A stretch of DNA of 64,000 nucleotides from Pedobacter sp. Its GTDB lineage: Bacteria; Desulfobacterota; Desulfuromonadia; Desulfuromonadales; Syntrophotaleaceae. The translations under genes were made by a program, and so were the position numbers. The notes beneath the pieces were generated by a model, which saw only the letters and a list, made by a program, of their open reading frames with translations, made no database searches and had not been told where the DNA came from. The stretch covers positions 32,001-96,000 of the forward strand of contig JBFWJC010000006.1 in assembly GCA_050253415.1 (NCBI GenBank), read 5' to 3'. This document shows positions 9,541-18,617 of the stretch, one piece after another; position 1 is the stretch's first letter, and the number at the start of each line of letters is the position of its first letter.

Positions 9541-10746
9541 CTAAGTTTGTGAATCGATATGTTCTACCGTTGCGATTACCGCTCCTTTTGCAAACCGGAT
9601 ATTCAGACGATCACCTTTCTGCAAAGAACCTGCATCGCGAACAGCGACCCGGGTCTTTTCATTGAATGCAATAGCATAACCGCGATCCAGGGTGGCCAGA
9701 GGTGACAGTGCATGCATGTGACTCGCAGCCAGACCGAGTCGATTGGCCGCACTGTCGAGTATTTTTTGCATAGCCAGATGCAAACGTTTGCGGGTCTGTT
9801 CCAGGCTGTTATGCTTACGTTGCAGTTCATCAACGGGAGACCGCAACCGTCGCTGCAAACCGTTAAGCCGCTCCTTGAGCAGTAAAAGCCGTCCCTGCAT
9901 CTGACTACTGAGACGCATGATAAGGTGATCGACATGCCGTTCCAGTTCGTGGCGCCCTTGCACCACGACTTCAGCTGCTGCGCTGGGTGTCGGCGCGCGC
10001 AAATCCGCAACAAGATCCGAAATAGTCACATCCACTTCATGACCAACGGCGGAAATGACCGGGATTCTGGAGGCAAAAATAGCGCGGGCAACGGCCTCTT
10101 CGTTGAAAGCCCATAAATCTTCCGGTGACCCGCCACCTCGTCCAACGATCAACACATCTGCTTGCCCGTGCTGATTCAGGTCGGCAATGGCTTGTGCGAT
10201 TTCACCAGCCGACCCATCGCCCTGCACCCGCACGGGACGCAGCAAGACACGTAATCCGGCACCACGCCGTCGCAGGACATTAAGAATATCGTGAATAGCC
10301 GCCCCGGTCGGTGACGTCACAACTCCAATAGTGCGGGGGAAAGACGGCAAAGGTTGCTTGTGACCGGCATTGAACAACCCCTCGGCATCCAGCATGGTTT
10401 TAAGTTTTTCAAAAGCAAGTTGCCAGTTTCCGACGCCTAAGGGCTCCATGCTGTCCACCACCAACTGCAATTCCCCACGTTGCTGGTAGAGAGACACATG
10501 GCCGGTACAGACGACCTGCATGCCATTTTCCGGCGTAAAGCTCAGAACCCGATTGCTGGACCGAAACATGACACTGCGAAGTTGGGCTTGATCATCTTTG
10601 AGTCCAAAATAGTAATGCCCGGAGGACGGCGCCGAAAAGTTGGCGATTTCACCTGTGACCATCACCTGAACAAAATTATCTTCGACCAGCTCTTTAAGCA
10701 GGTAGACCAGACGTGATACCGATACACTTCCTTCGGAAACACTCAT
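9541..10746 (-). CDS. xseA: Exodeoxyribonuclease VII large subunit
   Basis: OB-fold SGHYYF, VGRGGGSPEDLWAFNEE, SAVGHE, TPSAAAE. Confidence 0.96.
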   Translation of the reverse strand: MSVSEGSVSVSRLVYLLKELVEDNFVQVMVTGEIANFSAPSSGHYYFGLKDDQAQLRSVMFRSSNRVLSFTPENGMQVVCTGHVSLYQQRGELQLVVDSMEPLGVGNWQLAFEKLKTMLDAEGLFNAGHKQPLPSFPRTIGVVTSPTGAAIHDILNVLRRRGAGLRVLLRPVRVQGDGSAGEIAQAIADLNQHGQADVLIVGRGGGSPEDLWAFNEEAVARAIFASRIPVISAVGHEVDVTISDLVADLRAPTPSAAAEVVVQGRHELERHVDHLIMRLSSQMQGRLLLLKERLNGLQRRLRSPVDELQRKHNSLEQTRKRLHLAMQKILDSAANRLGLAASHMHALSPLATLDRGYAIAFNEKTRVAVRDAGSLQKGDRLNIRFAKGAVIATVEHIDSQT

Positions 10747-10773
10747 GTTAAATTCCTGTTGTTCGTCGAGATA

Positions 10774-10804
10774 TTGACATCTTTACCTTGTTTCCCTATA
10801 CAAT
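10774..10804 (+). promoter_or_regulatory. sigma70-type promoter for the ParA-like gene
   Basis: TTGACA followed by TATACAAT at 17-19 bp. Confidence 0.5.
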
Positions 10805-10837
10805 GCCTGCATCATTTATCAAAACGAAGGACAATGT

Positions 10838-12253
10838 ATGTTTGAACCCTATGTGGTAACCGTATCCAGCGAAAAGGGTGGCGTTGGCAAGACCACCCTG
10901 GCAACCAATCTGGCCATCTATCTTAAGGCCCTGAATGAGGAGTTACCTGTTACCCTGTTCAGCTTTGATAATCATTTTTCCGTAGATCGCATGTTCCGCC
11001 TCGGAAGAACCAAACCCAAGGGTGACATGCTCGACCTTCTCAGTGGGACCCCGATAGCAGATCTGCTGGAACTCGGAGAATACGGTGTTCAATTTATTCC
11101 TTCCAGTCGCAAACTTGAAAATATTGCAAGCCGCATGGATCGTTGCGATATCCTGGCAAGAGCCTTGGCCGGATCCGATTTAAAAGGGATTATTATTATA
11201 GACACACGTCCAACCCTGGATATTTTTACGCAAAATGCCCTATTCGCTGCCGATCGTGTCATTGTCCCGGTTAAAGATACCCCCTCGCTTGAGAACTGCC
11301 GGAATCTCTACGATTTTTTTGAAGACAAAGGGCTATCAAAACGTCCATTGCGCCTTTTACCGTGTCTTATCGATTCGCGCGTACATTACGATGGTCCGTT
11401 CAAAAATGCTTATCAGCTTCTCAAAGGCTATGCCATCAATCGCGGCTACCGCTGCCTTGAAGGTTATATTGCTAAAAGCCCGAAAGTAGAATCCCTCAAC
11501 ACCAATCCTGAAGGAAAAATTTATCCGGTGCTGACCCACGGACGAGGCACCAATGTGCATCTGCAGTTCGCCCATCTGGCGCGTCAGGTTTTTATCAGCG
11601 CCAAAGACGAACCACAGCGAAGGCTGGATCAGATACGACAGGAGAGTGAACAGCAGGAACAGAACCGGGATAAGAATTTCCTCACACGGCGGGATCTTGT
11701 GCTACCTGACTGTCCGATTTGTGGACGACAATTGGTCCACCACAATGCCATGGAACCGGCAAGTTATTTTTATACAACATCCGATGGTCAGGTTGCGGGT
11801 TTTCTCGATGAAGCCTGTTTTTGCTCTTTAGTATTCCGTCACTGCTATCATACCCAAAAAAAAATAAGTCCAACGGATCCCCTTGTCGATCTGTTCAGAG
11901 AATCGGCCCTGCGCTCCTATTTTGTGCTGGGTCATCCCCAAAACAACCCGGCGTCGGGATCTCATAATTTGCTTTTCTACCGATTCGATGAGGAAGGGTT
12001 TGAGATTTCACACAAGTCCATCGAACTGCGGAAAACCGAAACACGCTTTCTCAACAAGGGACCATCTGCGTTATACAGACTTGCGTCTCAGACTCTCTTT
12101 AACGAAGACACTCCAATCAAAGACCGATTTTTATTTATCAGACGTATTAACAGCGAGTTCCCCGAAGAAATCCTGCTGGATGAAAATTATGCGAAACTCG
12201 ATGCCGCCATGCATTATATTGGCAGCAAATTATCTTTCAATCCAGCGGACTAA
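10838..12253 (+). CDS. ParA/MinD family ATPase with long C-terminal extension
   Basis: Deviant Walker A EKGGVGKTT, IIIDTRP Walker B; about 200 extra residues including CPICG. Confidence 0.85.
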   Translation: MFEPYVVTVSSEKGGVGKTTLATNLAIYLKALNEELPVTLFSFDNHFSVDRMFRLGRTKPKGDMLDLLSGTPIADLLELGEYGVQFIPSSRKLENIASRMDRCDILARALAGSDLKGIIIIDTRPTLDIFTQNALFAADRVIVPVKDTPSLENCRNLYDFFEDKGLSKRPLRLLPCLIDSRVHYDGPFKNAYQLLKGYAINRGYRCLEGYIAKSPKVESLNTNPEGKIYPVLTHGRGTNVHLQFAHLARQVFISAKDEPQRRLDQIRQESEQQEQNRDKNFLTRRDLVLPDCPICGRQLVHHNAMEPASYFYTTSDGQVAGFLDEACFCSLVFRHCYHTQKKISPTDPLVDLFRESALRSYFVLGHPQNNPASGSHNLLFYRFDEEGFEISHKSIELRKTETRFLNKGPSALYRLASQTLFNEDTPIKDRFLFIRRINSEFPEEILLDENYAKLDAAMHYIGSKLSFNPAD

Positions 12254-12304
12254 ACCATCTGCCACGTGTATGGATATGGGATTTCAACCCGGCAGTCGGA
12301 GCAA

Positions 12305-13510
12305 TCAGCGCTGCAATAACCGGGACACAGGAACAACCTGTATGTCTTGCTGACGCAGATACGCCGCTTCTTGACCTAATGCCTTAATCGTCTCCGGATA
12401 CGGATGACAGATGACCACCACTTTATGACGCGAACGGGCAATTTTCACTGCTTCGCGTAATTGGCGGGCGATGGCATCGACATTTCGGTTGTTATCAAGA
12501 AAAACATCCCGGCTGACAGAAGCAATATTGGCCCTATGAGCCTCGGATAGAGCAATCGACCCAGGACTTGTACGGCTGTCCACAAAAAACCAGCCACCTT
12601 CCTTCATCACCTCGAACACGGCCTGCATCCCCTCCGGATATTGCGTGAACCGCGACCCCATGTGATTATTGCCGCCGACGGCATGAGGTACTTTTAAAAA
12701 CATGCTGGTCACCCGGCTCTGAATCTCTGTCCGATCCTGTCCAAGAAGCAACGCGCCTGGTCCGGGATTGTTTTGCGGATAGCTATCGGGTTCCATGGGC
12801 ATATGCACAAGGATTTCCCGGCCGGCACGATGCGATAATTCGGCCGACTCTCTGGTATGCAGTTCCTCAGGCATGACGGCCATGGTCAAATTGAGATCGA
12901 GCGCCAGCAATTTACGTACAGCATGCAGGTCGCGTCCAAGGTCATCGACAATAATGGCAATCTGCGCTTTGGGCCGGATTTTTGACGGTTTGATATCAGA
13001 TCGCTTAAAGTGCAAGAAAAAAATAGGACTTCCCTGTAGAGAAATGCAGACAGGCTGACCGGCGGCACCACTGCCTTTCATCTCAAGCTGAGATGATTGA
13101 CGAACCAAGTCTTGAGTCAAAGAGTTATACCAAGCATCGCCGGGGAAAGTAGACGGCAAAAAGTAATGCGTTACGCCATTTTCTTCCCTTACGTTCATCC
13201 CTGTAAAGGAAATACCCTGCCGCCATAAGGAACGTTCAATGTCCAACTGAACTGCAGAGCTCAAAACAAGGTTCTGGTCCGGGTCAACAGGCGTCCTGAC
13301 TTCCGGTTCCGGCAGGGTCACTACCGGTGCAGGGGGAGTCGTGGTGTGTATATTTGGCTCCGGCGCGCGTTGCACAAAAGTCAGTAACATAAGTGAAACG
13401 ACCAGAAAACCAATCAGAAACAACGATGCAAGAAGAACTTTGAACGTCCGATCAGGCTGTTGCTTTTTAGGCGGGGTTTTCCGCCGGGGTTGTTTTTTTT
13501 TGGTAGCCAT
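12305..13510 (-). CDS. Divergent polysaccharide deacetylase (YibQ family), membrane anchored
   Basis: N-terminal TM; IIVDDLG, HMPMEP, NNHMGS, FVDSRT, RDVFLDN, ICHP. Confidence 0.9.
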   Translation of the reverse strand: MATKKKQPRRKTPPKKQQPDRTFKVLLASLFLIGFLVVSLMLLTFVQRAPEPNIHTTTPPAPVVTLPEPEVRTPVDPDQNLVLSSAVQLDIERSLWRQGISFTGMNVREENGVTHYFLPSTFPGDAWYNSLTQDLVRQSSQLEMKGSGAAGQPVCISLQGSPIFFLHFKRSDIKPSKIRPKAQIAIIVDDLGRDLHAVRKLLALDLNLTMAVMPEELHTRESAELSHRAGREILVHMPMEPDSYPQNNPGPGALLLGQDRTEIQSRVTSMFLKVPHAVGGNNHMGSRFTQYPEGMQAVFEVMKEGGWFFVDSRTSPGSIALSEAHRANIASVSRDVFLDNNRNVDAIARQLREAVKIARSRHKVVVICHPYPETIKALGQEAAYLRQQDIQVVPVSRLLQR

Positions 13511-13560
13511 AAATTAGGGGGATGGTGCATCCCCCCCTTTGAATGAGTGAAATAAAGTGA

Positions 13561-14880
13561 TCAGGCGGCGGTTTTTTTTAAGCCCTTGAGTAATTCCCAC
13601 CCTTTGAGCAAATCGAGCGCACGTAACAGCTGATAATCATGCTGCATCCCTTGTTCATCAATCAAGGCTTGCTCGGATTCTTGCGTACCGACGGAATCGG
13701 CATCGGGCTTACGCTCACTCTCCATATGATTGTCGAGATCTTTTTCACGAAGAGTGATGTTGTCACCCACTTCTTTAAGTTCCATTTGACGTACAACAAT
13801 ATCGGGAGTGATGCCTTTGGCCTGAATCGAGGTCCCCGAAGGGGTATAATAACGTGCTGTGGTAAGACGCAACCCAGCTTCATTTTCCAGACCAATCACC
13901 GTTTGCACCGAACCTTTACCAAAACTTTGGGTGCCTAGAATGACCGCCCTGTGATTATCCTGTAACGCGCCAGCAACAATTTCGGAAGCACTGGCGCTGC
14001 CGCCGTTAATGAGTACAACCATGGGATAATCCGGTTCAGTTCCCATACGATGCGCTTCAAAGCGCATACGACTGTCTTCAACACGACCTTCTGTATAGAC
14101 GATCAAGCCTTCCCGGAGAAACAGATCAGCAACATCTGCGGCCTGATCAAGCAGGCCCCCAGGATTATTTCGCAAATCGAGAACCAGTCCCTGAAGAGGC
14201 GCATGATTCGCGGAGTGTAAACTTTTAAGTGCATTTTTCAGATCTTTGGCGGACCGCTCCTGAAACTGAGCGAGTCGCACGTATCCGAATCCGTTTTCAA
14301 GCATGCGGAATTTCACGCTCTTCACAACGATGATTTCGCGGGTCAAAGTATATTCACGCGGCTTATCAAAGGAAGACCGCATAATCGTGATCGTTACGTT
14401 GGTTCCTTTTGGACCACGCATCATCTTGATGGCTTCCATAATCGAGAGATCTTTGGTCCAACGATCACCGATTTTAACAATCACATCGCCTGCAGCCAGT
14501 CCGATACGATAGGCGGGGGTATCCTCAATGGGAGAAACGATGGTCAAGACACCTTCTTTCAGGGTTATTTCAATCCCCAAACCACCAAACTCGCCAGAGG
14601 TATCGATCTGCATTTCCCGAAACATATCCGGTGAAAGATAAGACGAATGAGGGTCAAGTGCACCCAACATGCCATTAATGGCCCCTTCGATAAGTTTCGA
14701 CATGGGCACTTCTTCCACATAACTGTTCTGAATAATAGTCAAAACATCGGTAAACTGCTCGAGCTCCTTATAAGGAGTGCCGGTTTCGGCTTCGCTGCAG
14801 CCGACAAAAAGATTTGCCATCCAGCACCCCATTACCAGGGTAAACAGCAACAATAAGGCAATCCGCTTCCCCTTAGCCAT
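13561..14880 (-). CDS. ctpA: Carboxyl-terminal processing protease (S41A)
   Basis: LDPHS, PDZ GLGI, DLRNNPGG, SASASEI, FGKGSVQ; GGAGG before 14880. Confidence 0.93.
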   Translation of the reverse strand: MAKGKRIALLLLFTLVMGCWMANLFVGCSEAETGTPYKELEQFTDVLTIIQNSYVEEVPMSKLIEGAINGMLGALDPHSSYLSPDMFREMQIDTSGEFGGLGIEITLKEGVLTIVSPIEDTPAYRIGLAAGDVIVKIGDRWTKDLSIMEAIKMMRGPKGTNVTITIMRSSFDKPREYTLTREIIVVKSVKFRMLENGFGYVRLAQFQERSAKDLKNALKSLHSANHAPLQGLVLDLRNNPGGLLDQAADVADLFLREGLIVYTEGRVEDSRMRFEAHRMGTEPDYPMVVLINGGSASASEIVAGALQDNHRAVILGTQSFGKGSVQTVIGLENEAGLRLTTARYYTPSGTSIQAKGITPDIVVRQMELKEVGDNITLREKDLDNHMESERKPDADSVGTQESEQALIDEQGMQHDYQLLRALDLLKGWELLKGLKKTAA

Positions 14881-14906
14881 CAAGGTATCTCCTCCCCTAT
14901 GTCTCA

Positions 14907-16082
14907 TCACCGCGGCTTAAGCCACTGGAGGGGATCCAGCGGTGTCCCGCGTTGTCTGATCTCAAAATAGATCGTTTTACTGTCCCCAAAACCGGAAATA
15001 CCAACATTTTCGCCAGCGGTAACCTCCTCGCCAACTTTTTTGACGAGCTGACTGGCCTGTGCGTACAGCGTATAATATCCCCCGCCGTGATCCAGAATCA
15101 ATAAGTTGCCGAATCCCCGGAACGGTTTTGCAAAAACCACTTTTCCGCCGGCGACAGCATGTATGGGGGTACCAGGAACCTGCGCAAGTTCGATCCCCTG
15201 GCTTTCATAACGGCTCCCAAGGTCATCATTGAAATTATTCCCGAAGCGCACCATCAACTTGCCTGGGCCAGGCCATGGCAAGGACCCTTTTTGTTGCTTA
15301 AAACTTCCAGATGCGCCGACCGATGCGCCACTATACTCACGTGATTTGGCGGATTCAAGCGTTTTAAGCAGATTACGCAAACGCTGAGCTTTTTCTTTCA
15401 ACCCGGCAATTTCCCCGGTTAACTCTGTACGATTTTGGCGCAGTTTGTTAAGAGTAGATGTGTGGGTCTGACGGCCCTTATCGAGTGTCTTGTGGCTGGC
15501 ATCGAGAACATTCAGACGTCTTTGCTGTTCGCTACGCAGGTGTTCAAGCTCCTGCAATGCATCGCGTAAAACATGCCAATCGTCACGATAATTTTTAAGA
15601 AGCTCACGATCCTGTCTAACAAGACGCGTAAGGTAAAAAAAGTTTTCTGCAAGTTGCGAGGGGGAACCCTTTTCAAATAAAACTTTAAACAGGCGCATTT
15701 CGCCTCGCCGATATAATGCCCTCAGTCGCCGACGGACATATTGCTCTCTTTCGGAAATTTCCTTACGTAAGAGTTCGGCACGTTTTTCTTTACCGCCGAT
15801 GTCCTTATTCAAATCGTTCAATCGTGTTTGCAAGCGGCGGGAATTTTTTTGCAGCCCGGATAATTCTTTATCCAGTTGCGCCAATTCCTGTTGGACTGCC
15901 CCTTCCTGCTCACGACTACTGACCAATTGTTTTGAGAGTCTATCGATACGTGCTTGAATTTCCTTGAGGCTCTGACGTTGGCGATCGACATCATCCCCCC
16001 TTGCGGGCACCGCAAGACATAACAGCAACATAAGACAGCAAACAAGCCGCGCGATAGAACAAAGGGTCTGGAAACGTGCCAT
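14907..16082 (-). CDS. envC: Murein hydrolase activator EnvC (coiled coil plus degenerate M23 domain)
   Basis: Signal peptide, long coiled coil, LytM domain lacking Zn ligands (SQGIE, YFEIR); follows ftsEX. Confidence 0.85.
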   Translation of the reverse strand: MARFQTLCSIARLVCCLMLLLCLAVPARGDDVDRQRQSLKEIQARIDRLSKQLVSSREQEGAVQQELAQLDKELSGLQKNSRRLQTRLNDLNKDIGGKEKRAELLRKEISEREQYVRRRLRALYRRGEMRLFKVLFEKGSPSQLAENFFYLTRLVRQDRELLKNYRDDWHVLRDALQELEHLRSEQQRRLNVLDASHKTLDKGRQTHTSTLNKLRQNRTELTGEIAGLKEKAQRLRNLLKTLESAKSREYSGASVGASGSFKQQKGSLPWPGPGKLMVRFGNNFNDDLGSRYESQGIELAQVPGTPIHAVAGGKVVFAKPFRGFGNLLILDHGGGYYTLYAQASQLVKKVGEEVTAGENVGISGFGDSKTIYFEIRQRGTPLDPLQWLKPR

Positions 16083-16084
16083 GG

Positions 16085-16981
16085 TTAAATCCTGACGAAT
16101 TTTCTCAGGGAAAGCACACTGCCTGTAAGCCCCAGAATCAAGCCGCAACCTGCCATACCCCATTGTTGCACCGGTGAAAGGAAAAGGATGCCATCGGTAC
16201 CGGTTACCATCAAAATCCCGTAAAGCCCTTCCTGCAGTACCAGCGTAAAAACCACCCAGACGCCGACCAATGCGAGCACACCACCGACGACACCCTGTAA
16301 GGCGCCCTCAATCAGAAAGGGCATTTTAATGAACAAAGGCGTTCCGCCGACGAGGGTCATTATCTCTATTTCCTCGCGACGGGCATAAAGGGTTAGTTTA
16401 ATGGTGTTCGCAACAATGAACAACGCGGCAAATAACAAAAAACCGCCAAATACAATCCCGGCGACTTTTAACAACCCGACAAAGGCATCGAAACGTTCCA
16501 GCCATTCCGGTTCGTAGCTTACATCCGCCAGTTCCGGAATCTCTTTCAGCCGCTGCACCACGCTTTCTACGCCGATTTTGTTCTGATTGTCCTCAAACAG
16601 AACGACTTCCAATGAGGCCGGTAAAAAATCGGTCCCGACCCCATCCAGAAGATCGGCATCATCCCCGAGGCGTTCTTTAAAACGTGTAAAAGCCTCGTCA
16701 CGACTCACAAATTGAACCCGCTCAATTTCGGGCATCGCCTCAAGTTTGGTCTTCCACTGTTTCACCTTATTCGCATCGGGAACCTTGTCGAAATAAGCGA
16801 CAACCTGGATTTCACGACTCCACTGCTGTGCCACCTGCTGTACGTTAATCACAACAATGGCAAAGAAACCGATAATCATGAGAGCAACAGCTACAGTACC
16901 TATAGCGGCACTGCACAGAACAGGTGTCTGCCTCAGATTGCGCCCTACCCTGCGCATGAAATATCCGATAGATTGCAGCAC
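16085..16981 (-). CDS. ftsX: Cell division permease FtsX
   Basis: 4 TM, NTIKLTLYARREEIEIM, PFLIEG. Confidence 0.93.
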   Translation of the reverse strand: MLQSIGYFMRRVGRNLRQTPVLCSAAIGTVAVALMIIGFFAIVVINVQQVAQQWSREIQVVAYFDKVPDANKVKQWKTKLEAMPEIERVQFVSRDEAFTRFKERLGDDADLLDGVGTDFLPASLEVVLFEDNQNKIGVESVVQRLKEIPELADVSYEPEWLERFDAFVGLLKVAGIVFGGFLLFAALFIVANTIKLTLYARREEIEIMTLVGGTPLFIKMPFLIEGALQGVVGGVLALVGVWVVFTLVLQEGLYGILMVTGTDGILFLSPVQQWGMAGCGLILGLTGSVLSLRKFVRI

Positions 16982-17046
16982 GATTCATTCCCTTCAGAAC
17001 AAAATAAGATGTGGTAACGTGAAACTTCAGACTGGAAAAGGCAGGG

Positions 17047-17712
17047 TCAGGGGGTATGGTCGTCGACCAGACGTCCTTTGTCAAGAGACACTATTCGACG
17101 TGGGTAACGTCGAATCATTTCCCTGTTATGCGTAGCAAGCAATACGGTCGTGCCTCGCGCATTGGCCCCTTTGAATAATTCCATAATTTCATATGTAACG
17201 TCATCATCAAGGTTACCGGTCGGCTCATCGGCAAGCAAAATCAACGGATCGGTAACCAATGCACGGGCAATGGCAGCTCGTTGTTGTTCTCCCCCTGATA
17301 GCTGCAGAGGAAAACGGTTGAGCTTGCCCTGCAAGCCTACATGCTTGAGTGCCTGATAGACCTTGTTACTTATTTCATACCGCTTTTTTCCCTGCATTTC
17401 CAAGGGGAATGCCACATTTTCAAACAAGGTACGCGTTGAAATAAGCTTGAAATCCTGAAAAACGATGCCCAGCTTGCGACGAAGCATGGGGATACGCCAG
17501 GAACGCATACGAGTTATATTCATGCCATTGATCAGGATCTGACCCCGGGTCGGCTTTACTGCACCATAGAGTAATTTCAAGAGGGTGGATTTACCGGCTC
17601 CTGAGGGGCCAGTAAGGTACAGGAAATCACCTTTTGGCACCTTAAGGCTGAATTCCGTCAGGGCAGTGGCTTCCTTTTGATAAGACATGCAGACATTGTA
17701 AAGTTGAATCAT
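17047..17712 (-). CDS. ftsE: Cell division ATP-binding protein FtsE
   Basis: GPSGAGKST, VFQDFKL, LSGGEQQR, ADEPTGNLD. Confidence 0.95.
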   Translation of the reverse strand: MIQLYNVCMSYQKEATALTEFSLKVPKGDFLYLTGPSGAGKSTLLKLLYGAVKPTRGQILINGMNITRMRSWRIPMLRRKLGIVFQDFKLISTRTLFENVAFPLEMQGKKRYEISNKVYQALKHVGLQGKLNRFPLQLSGGEQQRAAIARALVTDPLILLADEPTGNLDDDVTYEIMELFKGANARGTTVLLATHNREMIRRYPRRIVSLDKGRLVDDHTP

Positions 17713-17719
17713 TGGGTCT

Positions 17720-18109
17720 CTACCAGTCGCGATAAGGTACGCCGTTTAGTCCCACCAGGTCGCTACCGCTATGAACATCGAAAACGGTACCAATATCTCC
17801 CACGGCAGGATCGATAACTTCAGGAGCTATGGTGTACCATGTTTCCGCACTTCTGGTAAAGGGGTCCTTGGGGAGGTCTCGCAGGTACCGTTTTTCAACG
17901 AGCTCATCGAGACTATTGGGATATCTGCGCTGATCTGCATAAAACGCGTCTATGGCTTTGCGCATCTGGTACAGGTTTTCGCTTAACACGGTCTCGCGGG
18001 CTTTGATGACATTACGCTGGTAATGAGGCACGGCAATTGAGGCCAGGATAGCGACGATCGTCATGACAATCATGAGCTCAATGAGCGTAAAAGCGCGGCA
18101 AAACCGCAC
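17720..18109 (-). CDS. Type II secretion pseudopilin (GspG/OxpG-like)
   Basis: Prepilin motif A-FTLIELMIV, YP..LDEL, PKDPFT; GTG start at 18109 inferred. Confidence 0.85.
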   Translation of the reverse strand: MRFCRAFTLIELMIVMTIVAILASIAVPHYQRNVIKARETVLSENLYQMRKAIDAFYADQRRYPNSLDELVEKRYLRDLPKDPFTRSAETWYTIAPEVIDPAVGDIGTVFDVHSGSDLVGLNGVPYRDW

Positions 18110-18125
18110 GTCTTTGTTAACAACT

Positions 18126-18617
18126 TTACCAGGAACTATACGCTGTTCCGTCAAGAGCGGTTCGGTCACTTTTAGAATAGACATCATAGATATCCTTCCC
18201 ATCCCAGGAAGTAGAATCCGGGGCATCCCGGTAGCCTCGCAAGCCCCATCCTTGTCCATCGTCAAAAGGATCGACAGGTATACGCCGTAAATATTTGCGG
18301 GGAAATGCGTAAAGTCCTTTCCAATCCATACCTTGGACCAACTCCTCAAGACTGACCGGATACCCCGTCTGATCCGCGTCGGCTATAATATTTTTGTTTT
18401 TTACCGCAAGGTCGAAGTCCTCCTTGTATTGATCGATGGCTATGCGTAAGGTTCGCAAAGCTCGCCGAAGTTCCAATTCACGTGTACGTTGAACGGTTAC
18501 TTCAGCCAGTGGCAAGACCGCGCTTACCAGGATGCCAAGAATGGCCACTGTAATGACGACCTCGATCAGGGTAAAACCGGGGCCATTCCGCAATAAATAA
18601 GCTTTACCGGTACGCAT
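18126..18617 (-). CDS. Type II secretion pseudopilin (GspG-like)
   Basis: G-FTLIEVVI prepilin motif, YLRRIPVDPF. Confidence 0.88.
   Translation of the reverse strand: MRTGKAYLLRNGPGFTLIEVVITVAILGILVSAVLPLAEVTVQRTRELELRRALRTLRIAIDQYKEDFDLAVKNKNIIADADQTGYPVSLEELVQGMDWKGLYAFPRKYLRRIPVDPFDDGQGWGLRGYRDAPDSTSWDGKDIYDVYSKSDRTALDGTAYSSW

Noticed and set aside
18110..18349. Long N-terminal extension on the OxpG-like pseudopilin
   Set aside because: Overlaps the upstream pseudopilin; the prepilin motif indicates a start near 18109
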